Source of the DNA: Zygnema circumcarinatum SAG 698-1b
Lineage: Eukaryota > Plantae > Zygnematophyceae
Assembly: GCA_037447605.1 (NCBI GenBank)
Contig: CM074814.1
Coordinates: 558,001 to 622,000 of the forward strand
Direction: 5' to 3'
Length of the DNA stretch: 64,000 nucleotides
The notes beneath the pieces are model-generated. The model made no database searches. It had not been told where the DNA came from and saw nothing but the letters and a program-made list of their open reading frames with translations. Shown one piece after another: positions 52,701 through 64,000 of this stretch (the first letter of the stretch is position 1; the number at the start of each line of letters is the position of its first letter). A program made the translations under genes and the position numbers.

Positions 52701-55653
52701 TTCAAAAATTAGCACAGACAAATGCTTTACACTGTATGGAGAGAAGAGTCAACTGAAGGATCGTGCCAGTCAAATCTCACATCTCCATTACCAATAGTTA
52801 AACGACGCGATAGCTACAAGTCATACTTTAAACAATGTCTACAACAACTAGAAAAGACAAGGTGATTGAGGAGCACCTGGAGAGGAACGGGATGGCTGAA
52901 AGTGACGGGTAGCACGGTCAACCAACAGCCAGGAAATACAATTGATCGTAATGGTATGCAAAACCAAGGCAACAAAGGCAAACAGATCAGTTACCAAATC
53001 GGATAAGATGTTGGCTTCTCACAAACGGACGCATACATCCCAGGATATAAACAGTCAATGTCTGATTGACAGCCGGCAGCTTGATGAAATGTCCCATTCT
53101 TCCGTTTCATTCTAGTCTAGAATGCTTTGCTCTTGACTCCCCTTCTTGACACTCTCCTCCTCAACTTGCCTTTCTCATCCCTCTCAGCACTTCCAATTTC
53201 CATCCATCAAGTCCCTCTCGTTCTTTCCATTCCCTTCTCAACCTTCGCTCCCAACCTTTTGCCTTCAATTCCTGACATCCCTTCCACCCCGTAATACTCT
53301 CCCTGCACGTCCCAATCCCCATTGCCACTGAACCCAGAGCCGCCAAAACACGTTCTTCTCCTCCCTTCCTTTCCTTTCCTTTCCAGTCCATCCCTTGACT
53401 TTCCTTCATCTCAGTCTGCCGCGAGTAGTAAAGAGAGTAGGAAATTATGAATACCCATAAGATTGACAAGTCGAAACGGGGCGAGAGCCAACTTGATTTT
53501 TGGCAGCGTCACAAATGCCCATGTGGCAGTCCCAATCCAAGGTTCACATGGTATCAACTGCATTTTGACCCAAATCTCGGCATCAACGTCCAGGTCTCGT
53601 ACACCAACAGGAATTGTCAGTGGCAAGAAACCGAGCTTCAGTGGAACTTCTAGCAACATGCGGGCTTCTCCAGTGTACCGAAGACCAATTTGATACCTGC
53701 CAAAGAAACAGAAAAACATATCAGCATGCGAAAGACCTGCACAGGACTTGGCTTGCATGCTGCTTTCCTGCCCTTCAGTAAAAGCATACCCGGAAAGAAA
53801 TGACCTATCGTAAGTGCATATCGTGTGTGCGGGCATCCGCCATTCATTAAAATGAGGGAGTGGGCGGGGGGGAGAGGGGAGGGAGGACAAGAGGGAGAGG
53901 GAGAGTAAAAATGAATCTCCTTTCTGCATTAACTTCTCTTGCAAGGAAACCAACTTACTGCAAATCAGTAGCCCGTCGTGAAGTTTTTCGTTCAATGCTT
54001 CGGACAGAAATTGGTTCATCACCAAGAAAAAACTGTTTCACCTTCACTCGCTGGACATAACTGGGCTTTTTGAGATCGTCAATCAGTGGCTGAAGCAAGC
54101 CGACCATCCATCTCTCGATCCCGCGCCTATAAACCTTTACTACCTTCCGCAATACCATGTTCATCCACTCCACTGACTCCTTCTTAAGCATATCAAGAGC
54201 AGAACCCATAGGAGGAATCTCTGCAGGAGCGCGCAAATTCTCGTTCTGCTGCTTCTCCCATTCTGCTTGCTCCTCAGGACTCCGCTGCTTTTCCGGAATG
54301 TTAAAATTGGAAGAACCCCTGACAATGGTAGCCACATTTCTTTGTTTAGATGCACAACGCCAACAATCCAACAATTTTAGGATAGCGCCCATGCACCGCA
54401 ATGTCGTCTCGCTAATGGCAAAAGGCCAGTTTGGACATTAGCCAACTAAAGAGCGTTAAGTGCAGGGATAATGTATTCAAAAAGTTGGCTTTCAGAATAC
54501 TGACCCGAATATGTTCAATTAGCATACAAGTCAAAATACAAGCAAAGGACATAGAAGCAACAGTTAACAAGTTTAATGCTTTAACTGCAATCCTTGAGTT
54601 TGATTCTTTCCATTACAGGACATTCCAAACCACCCTGCTCTGAACTCCATATGCTACTAACCCAGTTGCCAAAATTTAACGGTAGATCACACTAGTCCTC
54701 ACCAGAAAAACCTGTTGCTTCACAGCAAAAGCGTACTTTTTCCTTATAATGGCTAAAAGCACAGGCAACAAGGGAACAAAATGTACTCACACTGAATCTT
54801 TTGCCACTTCCGATCTCCACCGTTTCACCATTTTAAGGAAGATAATAACAAGCCCAATTCCCAGGAAAAACTTTTTCTGCAACAAAGGCTGCAGGGGCGC
54901 TGGTACCGCCGCTTGTACTGACGCAGTCAACTGCTGAACCCTTCCAGAAGATTCTCTGATGAACCCTTGGGCTTCAGGTGGCAGGCTTTGTTCCACCTCT
55001 ATCGCTTTCTCCTGCACAACCCGAGCAATCTCTTGCTGCTTCTCCTGCATCTCCTGTGCCAACTTCTGTCCTTGCACTCGAGCCGACATCACCGCTCCAG
55101 CCGCATACTCTTGCGCAGATGTGATGTCAATGATTTCAACTCGGGCAAGCGGCAGGTATCCTTTATCTCCTGCAGCCGTGTGCGGACGCTGAGTCTCAGA
55201 CTCCACAGCTTCCAAACCCCGCTCTTGGTTTTCTGTTTCCACCTCTCGTTTGCCACCTGTCGATATTACTTTTCTGCTTTTGGCATCAGCATCCGCTGAA
55301 GCCACGGTATGTGTATATTGAACATAAGTGGCCTCCTTAGTTTCCAACCCTTCTACTGCACTCAAAGGCTTCCTTTTGACATTCAAGTAGGTCAAGACTT
55401 GAGGAGAAATGAAAGCCGTTCTAAACAATGAACGTCTTCGACTAACTGTTCGAGAGCGGACATACCCGGAAAAAAGTTTTATTTGGCAAACTGTTCCGCT
55501 GTTGTGGATTCTGCCATTACATGATTGTTGCATCCTGTTTCTGTAATAGAGCCGACCTCGTTGCTGCAAGGCGGCTCGGTTCGTCTGGCGGCTCCGTGTG
55601 GGAGCACATTCACAAGGTAGCTTCGCAAAACCTAAGCAGCTTGTAACCTCCAT
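49789..55653 (-). CDS. NTMC2T5: NTMC2T5-like plastid SMP-C2 membrane-contact/lipid-transfer protein, copy A
   Basis: Exons 54791-55653, 53959-54318, 53455-53696, 52877-52895 (19-nt microexon AIPFLS), 52424-52626, 52092-52201, 51651-51746, 50124-51225, 49789-49877. Transit peptide, TM, SMP (KESVEWMNMVL..VYR...DLQYQIGLRYTG), C2 (GELSLTL...DPYVVLTLG...PPGAPLWNQDF), and C-terminal TM ending NPFNP*. Confidence 0.9.
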
Positions 55654-56729
55654 CTCGCAGGCTGAGAACCCCTAAAAAGGTAAAATCCTCGATCAAAGAT
55701 GGGAATGGTACTGGATGTATTTACTTGGTAATCAAAATCGTTTCTGTAGTCAAATAATACAACAAGCAGTGTACAATGATGTCTCAGAAACCAAGCATAT
55801 TCAATTCTTCACGCATAAACATGCAGGAAATCTGGAAAAAATATAGAAATCGATCTAGCATGATTAATATTAATGCTTGCACGCTCGACAAAACGTAAAA
55901 TGTAAATAGTAGCACTTCATAGATAAATTCTCAACACAAAAGAATGCTTCCAAAAGAAGGCTCTTGCAACAGACCTGTACCTAAAACATCGGCCTTGACG
56001 TCAACTTTATCGCTAGTACTGTCCCAGATTGTATCCAAACAGTAACATCGTCACAAAACATCGCTAAAAGTTGGTGTATCATGGGATTCGGAAACACCTC
56101 TTATGCGAGTAAACTGCACTTGATACATCTTCAATGTAGCGGCTTGCTCGACACTTCTTCTCCAATGTGCAAAAAAGTACAACAAAATCAAAATCATTTC
56201 AAAATGACTTTGTAAGCTAATAATCTTGCAACAGTCTTGCATCTGATACGACCCCTTGATGATGTTTCATCTTGATCATCCAATAAGAATCCAAACAGGT
56301 TCATACCGTTCTGAATCATTTGACCACGACCGAAACGTTTCGATGACTCTTAAAGCAAAAAAACTCGGCACCAGATCTGCGCTTCAATCTCAGCTCTCCA
56401 AACCCAAACAAACAGAAACCTGCCGAACCTGCAAAACCTGCAGATTCTTTTATGGAAAGGTGCGAAAAGAGGAACATTTTTGGCAAGAGAAGTCCGGCTG
56501 GACCTCTGCCTGACCTTCGAGGGCGACTGGGCGCTGACTGCCAGGTGGCGCCATTTGGGGACGTAACGTGGCACTGTGTAAGTCGTGGCGTGCAGTAAAA
56601 GGTCCACGTGGTGGCTCGAGAAGCGGCTACAAGGTACTTCCGCCACGTGGCGGTTTCTGGATGGCCGGGGGGTCGATTCCGTACGGGAAGGGGTTTCGGT
56701 ACAGTACCGCGGTGAGTCGCCGTTGGAGG

Positions 56730-57090
56730 TTGCTTTGCCAACTAGCCACTGGTTGGTTGCAATCATTTGGATGTGGTTGGCTGGGTCTTGTATTGGGCGG
56801 CTCAACCCATCCATTGCCATGGTTGGCTGGGAACGTCAACCCAGTGAGTGAAACTGTCCTAGGTAACTGCATTATTAGGTCTGTACATGCAAGCCAGGTA
56901 GAACCATTGGACCAGACAATTGCAATGGTTGCACATTGCATTCAATGGTTGAGAGCAATCGCCAACCATAAGTTGGTGGACCCAGCTAACCATTGACAAG
57001 GGTTGTCATTGGCAATGGTTGACAACCATTGCAACCACTGAATGGCAGACCCAGCCAACCATTGTCATTGGTGCCAACCATTTCCATTCA
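56730..57090. repeat. Foldback-type inverted array of CAACCATTG / CCCAGCCAACCA motifs between the two NTMC2T5 genes
   Basis: tggttggctgggtc (56774) is the exact reverse complement of gacccagccaacca (57048). A second pair lies at 56819/56980, with many aaccattg/caatggtt copies between. Confidence 0.65.
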
Positions 57091-58179
57091 AATAGTTGTC
57101 AACTCTTGCTTCCACCATCCTTCGGCGCAGCGGTTGTTGGTGCCCGTCCCGGTGGGCTCCCACCCCTCCCTCCGCGTGCCGTGCCCATATCGGTGACCTT
57201 CGCGGCTGCTTCTAGCGTCGTGTTGTTGAGCCTAGAAGGATATCCGTTTTTTCCTTTGGTTCCCCATGTTGATTTTATCCACGTACATGTACATTTGATG
57301 GCCATGCCTTCGTGAGATCAACTCTATTTTCACTTCATTTTTTGTTTTCAACTGACTCCTGTCAAAGTGGCAATAGTTGCTTGGGGGATCCAGCACAGTA
57401 AAATGTTCGCCAGTCATTGGCGAACCTGCCAACCATTGGCATTGTTGCCCATCAGATCCATGCGCGTCCTTGCCGTTCATCTCCTCTTTTTTGAAAATTC
57501 AAACACTGCTTGCCTCCTGGCCGGAAGCCCTTGTCGCTTTCCCCGCCGACCAAAAGATTCCGTTGGGTCGTACCGTGCTGTACACCAGAAAGGTCGTACG
57601 AATCACCGACAATCGGGTCCAGGAGATCCGCCCCGAAAAGCACGCCTCGCGTCATTGCCAAAATATCTGCTCGCGTCCACGTTGGCAACTGATCTCAGCC
57701 GTCAGATCAACATTTGGAAGGCTGGTTTGAGCTCTCGAGGAATCCAAAATTCGCGTCGACCAATCAGGGGATTTCTCACCGACACCGTCAAAAAAGCCCC
57801 TGCCACGTGGCCCTAATCTGAGTGCTTTTTCCCGAACTCCCGCGGAACTTTCGACACTGAAAGGCGATTGGTCGCTAAATCACTGGTGCGGGTCCAGGAT
57901 GCATTTCAGCCTTCCACGTGGCACAAACCTTGAATCGAACGGGCGATACTCGTTGCCGCAACTTGTGACTGCGTTTGAAAATGTTTTTAGTGGTCGCTGA
58001 ACGTCGCTCGTGTTTTTTGTGAACGGCGCGTCGGCCCCCACCTGGAACCTTGCTAGGGCGCCACGCCAGAGGAACGAAGGGTACAAATGGGGTATATCTT
58101 CCAACGGCCGATTTATCCCCTTATCGCAAGTTCGCAACCCTGAGTTGTCTGAGCGCCACTCCGTTCCGTGGCGGAAACC

Positions 58180-58240
58180 GAAAACCAGAAACCGCATACC
58201 GCAAACTGAGAACCACAAACCGCAAACCACAAACCGCCAT
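58180..58240 (+). repeat. 7-nt AAACC(G/A)C tandem repeat
   Basis: aaaccg aaaacca gaaaccgc ataccgc aaactga gaaccac aaaccgc aaaccac aaaccgc. Confidence 0.7.
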
Positions 58241-59390
58241 GCGCAAGTTTGATTTATGCGCCATAATTTTTTATTGAATAGTCAGATGTCGAATGATATA
58301 TCGCCACGTAGCAGCTTGTACCACGTGTCGAAGTTATATTGGTCGAAATTATTTATTTTTTTCCATACTTTTTCTCAAGGTGAATGCAAACGAACCAATC
58401 CCGTCACAGCTCGACGGCGGGAAAACCGCAAACCAGCCTCAGGCGAGATACTGACGTAAGGAAACGTTAGTAAGTTGCAAACTTGTAATTTTTCGGTTGC
58501 GAGAATTGCGCAGGACCTCATCAAGAAAATGGGGTAGAAGCGTGCAGAAAAATGGCCCGGCTCGAGTGTGTGAGCAGAGGCGCTACCTCAGCGGCCCGGC
58601 CTGCTCTTGCTCTGCCTCGCTCTCTCCCTCACTCTCTCTCTCTCTCTCTCTCGCTCTCTTTCTGCGGGAGGGAGAGGCTTCAGGGGGGAGCTTGGAAGGG
58701 CGCCAGCTGGAGGTTCTGCAAGGGTTCTGGAAGGCCTTAGCCCTTGTATGGTTTGGAAGGACGAGCGGTAAGGAGCATGCGCCTGCTTTTTCCAGTCATC
58801 TATTGCATGCAGAGAGAAGAGAGAGAGAGTGTGTGAGATAGAGGAGAGAAGGAATCTGGAGAGAGAGAGGGAGAGCGGGAGAGAGAGTTGAGAGAGGGAG
58901 AGAGTGAGAGAGAAAAGCAATCTGGAGAGAAGGAGCGGGAGAGAGGGAGAGAGTGAGAGAGAAGCAATCTGAAGAGAGAGAGAGCGGGAGAGGGAGGTGA
59001 TGAAGAGGAGGGGAGGGACAGAGAGAGAAATAGGGAAGTTAGTTAGTTAAACGGATGGAAAGACAGTAAAGGGACTAAGATAGTGCAAGGGGAGGCGAGA
59101 GGGGTTGTTGAGATAAGCGAGCAGAGAGCAGAGGGCAGATGTGAAGGATGAGAGAAAAAAACGAATTATTTCAGAAGGGAATATGGCGAGAGAAAGAGCT
59201 AGATATCTGAAGCAAAGGCAGCAGGTTGACTTAAATCATCAGTCTCAAACATGTTTCTAGTTACAAAGAGTTGCTGAGAGTGTGCTTGTCTTCTGAAGAA
59301 TCTCCTAAAGTTTTATCGGAGGAGAAACGAGAGGAATAATAGTCACTATTCCCGGCTTGCAGATTGAATCCCTGAAGACAGAGGCTGCCC

Positions 59391-62306
59391 ATGGCCGCCG
59401 GAGGGTTCTCTACTTGGGAGAGCTGGGTGGTAGCGAGACCCTCGCAAAACTTAACTCTCGCATCCTCTTCTTTAAGATCCAATAGCTTCACCAGTTCCTG
59501 TACTCATAATGCCCTTCTATCAAAAGAAGCTCTAGGCTCTCCCTTCAGGCAAATAATCCGTGAAAAATGCGGCAGGAGACGCACCGAACCAGGCCAAAAA
59601 ACTCCCAAAATTCGCAAATCGAGACGAGGAGTCCTGGTAATTGCTAAGTCCTCTCTTCGCTGCAGCCGCTTTGCAGGCGAGTTGAATGGGAGTGGGTTCG
59701 GAATAGGGGGTGAATCAAAGCTTGAAAGGGGAGCTAGCAGTAAAGTAGGATTTAGTGATACACGACATCGGCATCGCGTAGTGCGAACAGTGCCAAGGGC
59801 AATTCCGCCTCTTTTGTGGATTCAAATGCCGGAAGCAGGTCCTATGAGAGATTTAGTTTTTTCAATTTTTGGAGCAAGCGGAACTTCACTTCTTGCAGGG
59901 GCAGCAGTGTGGGCGTGGCATCGGGAAGAGCTCAGGGTGAGCTTACTGCTTCGCTTTGATGGTGCTTGGGATGGGTATGGGGTGCGGATGTTCGTGATGT
60001 ATAGCATGCATCTTGCATGGACATGATGTATGCCTGATGCCCGGGCAATTTCTCTCCCTCGTACGCATGTGTTAGTGCGTCTTCTAGTTAGAAGAGGTTT
60101 GTTTTTTGTGGAAGGTGTTTGCTCAGCTTCAGTGAAGGGAGGTGACTACTCACTGACAGAAGAAGTTTGAGTCAATGCGAATTGGAGGTGCTTAGCAAGC
60201 TTTTTGTACGAGGGGATATTCTTACCCGTAGGCTAAGCTGCGTAGGTGCACACATACGACATCTACTACGCCTGGATGCTCAGTTATGCAGAATTGAGCA
60301 TGTGCAAAACAATATTTATCCGTTTTTCCATGAAGAACGTTGTTCTTCCCAGCTAACATCTTAATTTCTTTGTTGGTTTCCTTTCAGCTGAGAGCTGCAG
60401 CTGCAGAGAGAGGCCGAGCTGCCCTTCCTGAACCCCCGAATGTTGCGGGCCAGAAAGAGTCTGTGGAGTGGGTGAACATGGTCATTCAAAAGATATGGCG
60501 AGTGTACCGCCGGAGTTTGGAAGCGTGGCTAGTGGGCCTTCTGCAGCCGGCCATAGACAAGCTGCCCAAACCTGACTATGTCACTCGAGTCGAAATTGCC
60601 GAGTTCTCTCTCAATTATGAGCCGATATCTGTGAGGAACGTTCAGAGGCGGGCATCAAGGCGCTCCAATGACTTGCAGTAAGGCCTTTCTTTCTTAGTCT
60701 CTTCTTATTCTGGACTAAACCCATTTCTGAGCCCTGGGAGAGTTATGTAAGGAGTAAAGGGTGTAAAGCTCAAACAACTACCTGGATGGAGATTGGGTCC
60801 ATATAGTTGAGGTTGTTTGCCAGCAAATCTGTCTCTCGCTTTCTCAGCATGTTTCGCCTTCCTCCGCAAGAAATAGCTTCCCAATCTGACTGCAGGTTTA
60901 ATGGGTTTGGACCAGTCTGTGAGAACAAGACAAACTGAGGGGAAAGAAAGGAATGAGTGTGTTAGAATCATCGAGCTTTAGCACATAGCTGAAATAGGCT
61001 TGCCACCTAATTTATCGAATGCCGCAAATCAAATCAAATTGAATCGAGTTTCATACTGACATCTCGCCATATTCCAATAGTCGTCGTTCGTAGTTGCCTG
61101 TGGCTTCACTCCTTCGCCTTTTTCTTCACTCTCCATTTCCTTCGGTTGTTCTTTCTTTCCCCCTTTCTCTTCGCTTACATTTCGTTTCTGCACTTCCTGC
61201 CCCACCCCACCCCCCTCNNNNNNNNNNCCCCCCCCCCCCCCTCCCACTTTCCCTTTTCTCCCTCTCCCTCTTCATCTCTTTGCAACTCCCTTATCGTTTC
61301 CCTCTCACTGCCTCCACCCTCGCCCTGCCTCCCGTTTTCTCTCTCCTGTTTCTACCACTCCCTTTCATCCCTCTCGTCCCTCTCCGCTTCCCCGTTCTCC
61401 CCTCCTTCCCCCCCTCCTAATTTCTTCTGTACCGCTGGACAACAGTTAATGCTTCATTCCTCCCTTTTTCTTCCTGCAGATACCACATAGGGCTGCGGTA
61501 TACGGGGGGAGCCCGCTGTCTCCTTGTGCTCCATTTGAACCGCAACGGTATGCAGACGGCAATTCCTGTGGGAGTGCATGATCTCGATGTGGATGGAGAG
61601 CTATGGGTGAAGCTTCGACTCACACCACGCAAGCCCTATGTGGGCACACTTTCGTTAGCATTTGTGCGACTTCCAACAATCAAGTTGGTTTTGGCACCAT
61701 TTCGCATCGTTAATCTGTTTGGTGAGTGGTGGGCAACTCTCATGTGAAGAGCACACTTAAGTACTCAGTAAAATTGAAATCCGTTTCGTAGTAGAAAAGT
61801 TTCATAGGGCTGAATCTAAATCATGCGTGGTGGGTCGTTGGTGGGAGTGATGTCGACGAGTGCGTAAAGTTAGTGTTGTCCTCGTGGCTCTCACTTCTCA
61901 CATTGACCTGATATGCTGAAACTACTGTTGCGAGATGGTCACTCAAATTGAACTAACGAGGAGCTGGGTTTTGGGTTGTGGGCATATTTTCCATGATCTA
62001 TTCTTCTGGTTTCATCAGCTATACCCTTCTTGTCCAGGTGAGCGGCATGCTAAAACGAATTGCCAGAACTTCGTTTGCTTAAACACAATGCACATCCCAA
62101 AGCCGAACTCTCTGAACTGAGCAAAACAAAACTCGCTGCACATGTTACATGCATTAGCATGTTGTAGGATATTTCTCACTCCTCTGCCACTGTAAAAGCT
62201 CCCATTTTCACAAATTAGAGTAACTCCACATAGCTCTACAGGCTTCCGAATCTTCCAGTGGAGTGTCTTTCGCCGTTACAACTCATCAACGCTGACTACA
62301 CCCTCT

Positions 62307-62370
<64 letters not shown>

Positions 62371-64000
62371 CCTCCCTCCCTCCCTCTCTCTCACGGATGC
62401 CCCTATCGCAGGTTTCTTTCGAAGCTGCTGACGGTCGACCTTCCTCGCCTGCTTGTGCTCCCTCGCCACATAACCTTCGACTTTCTTCCAAGCGGAGAAG
62501 ACCCGAAGCAGCTAAGTCCTGGAAACGCAGTGTTGGACCTTCTTACAACGGAAACACTGAGCGGACTCGCCACACAAAGTGAACCAAGCGAACACTTTGT
62601 GGGAGAGCTCACTGTCACTTTATGTGAGGCACGAAATCTGCCGACGTGGAATCTGACAGGTGTGTGGAAAACGAGAACATCTTGGAAAAGTCGTAGAGTT
62701 CTGAAAACTCACTTACATTTACAAACCCTAAACCTACCCTAGTTTCCAAGCCTAACTGCAAATGAAAAATCCTGGTGGTTCTATGGACTGATTTCTGGGA
62801 TGTGTTCATGTGTTTTCTATCCATCCATTGTAATGTTCTTCTTAATTGGCTTTTATTGGCAGGTTGGAGCAACCCGTACTGTGCATTGTCACTTGGAGAG
62901 CTCACGCAGGAGAGTAAACGCAACAGAGAGACTTCTCACCCAGCAGGTTCGAGGGATCCTGTATGGAATCAGGTAAACTGCATAGCAACTAAAAACTGAG
63001 TGCTATATGTTTAAAGCAGGAATTTGTCGTGCGGCCCCTTAAATGCATGTATTCCTTCAGACTTAAATGCATGTATTCCTTTAGACTAAGTTTGATGTTT
63101 TCACTGCTTTCAGGAGTTTATGATGTCAATTAACCATTGTTATTGGAAATCATAGGAGGTTTGTGTTCTAATGACTTGTATTGAAATGCAACCTATCATT
63201 TGATGCTCGTGGTTTCTTTCTCAAAAAACGGCAAAGTAAACTTTGGGCATGTCGCCTCTTCTTTGCTGCAGGATTTTCATTTCTGGGTGGAAGATCCTGT
63301 CCGGCAAAAGCTGACTGTGCACGTGCGCGATTCCAGCATCACTCTGAACCCTAATATTGGGTTCATTCAGGTGAGAACTTCTATTAAAAATTTGAAGTGA
63401 ACTCCTAGGGAAGGGCTTCTTGATAGGACAGAAGTGTACTTTTTCACCAAAGTTTTTCCCTCTAAAGTCAGTATTTGTTCCTTTCATCGACGTTCGATCA
63501 ACTGAACCTGACTCAATGATCTCTGTAGCTGTTGTGGCAAAAGTTTCAATGTTCAATTATCTGAAAGATTGTTTGTTTTGTTTCTTTGTCCGGTTGAACT
63601 CTGCAGATCCCTGTTTGGCAATTACAGGACTGCGTTCCGCTCAGTATATGGTGTCCCCTTATGCAGAATGGGCCCTTTGGAGTGAAACAAGTACAGGGAG
63701 AGCTGCGTCTGCTGCTCACATACAAGTCCTATGTCGATAGAGAGAATGATCTTGATCAGGCTATAACCCCCCCTGTGTCGTACATCAAAGTGTTCTCAGA
63801 TGATGGGGAAAGCGATTCGGAGAAGGATAAGGTCGATGTAGACTCTGACAGTGACAGCGAGAAGATGAGGCGATTGAGGATGGAAGATGACAGTGAACTC
63901 AGTAGCTCAGATGGAGAAAGTCATGAGCAAAAATGGCAGGAAAAGATGAAGCGGTATATGGAGGGAGTTGGTAGTGAGGGAGAATCAACAGTTGTTGGGG
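59391..64000 (+). CDS. NTMC2T5-like SMP-C2 protein, copy B (divergent paralogue), 3' end beyond window
   Basis: Exons 59391-59936, 60388-60677, 61480-61721, 62019-62037 (19-nt microexon AIPFLS), 62412-62659, 62863-62972, 63272-63370, 63607->64000. QKESVEWVNMV, DLQYHIGLRYTG, GELTVTLCEARNL..GWSNPY..WNQDF, GELRLLLTYKSYV. Confidence 0.88.
62308..62392. repeat. (CT)n microsatellite before an NTMC2T5-B acceptor
   Basis: About 60-nt CT run plus a ccct tail ending about 20 nt before the AG at 62411. Confidence 0.9.

Noticed and set aside
57099-57305. 68-aa minus-strand ORF with plausible composition
   Set aside because: No splice partners or homology recognised; too short to support.

Overview
Eukaryotic, intron-rich nuclear DNA from a streptophyte (green plant lineage; plant TTTAGGG repeats, orthologue-like genes of land-plant families; species not identifiable from sequence alone). 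I assembled exon chains by hand for 12 protein-coding genes: a bacterial-type HDAC (-, cut by the window start), a two-domain euAP2-type transcription factor (+), a mitochondrial o-type thioredoxin (+), a type II membrane coiled-coil protein (-), two tandem but strongly diverged class A DnaJ genes (+), HDA8 (-), CBSX3 (-), an iPSP/phosphoglycerate-mutase-like phosphatase (+), a PPH1/TAP38-like PP2C (-), and two deeply diverged NTMC2T5-like SMP-C2 genes arranged head-to-head (the second cut by the window end). Introns and intergenic DNA are full of GA/CT tracts, telobox-derived minisatellites, a 133-bp MITE, a PBS/gag retroelement palindrome and G-box clusters. The most unusual signals are three GC-AG introns inside the AP2 domains, many 3' splice sites lacking a polypyrimidine tract (with a CTAAC array and complementary CT/GA tracts nearby), a PPH1-like catalytic domain on one exon with introns only in its transit peptide, a duplicated terminal exon and WCAPC site in Trx-o, and a frameshifted coiled-coil pseudogene behind four G-boxes phased at 11 bp. 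There are no prokaryotic features or CRISPR. Most long ORF-track entries are microsatellite artefacts. There are three 10-N gaps (about 3308, 13910, 61218). All exon models are manual and need RNA-seq confirmation.
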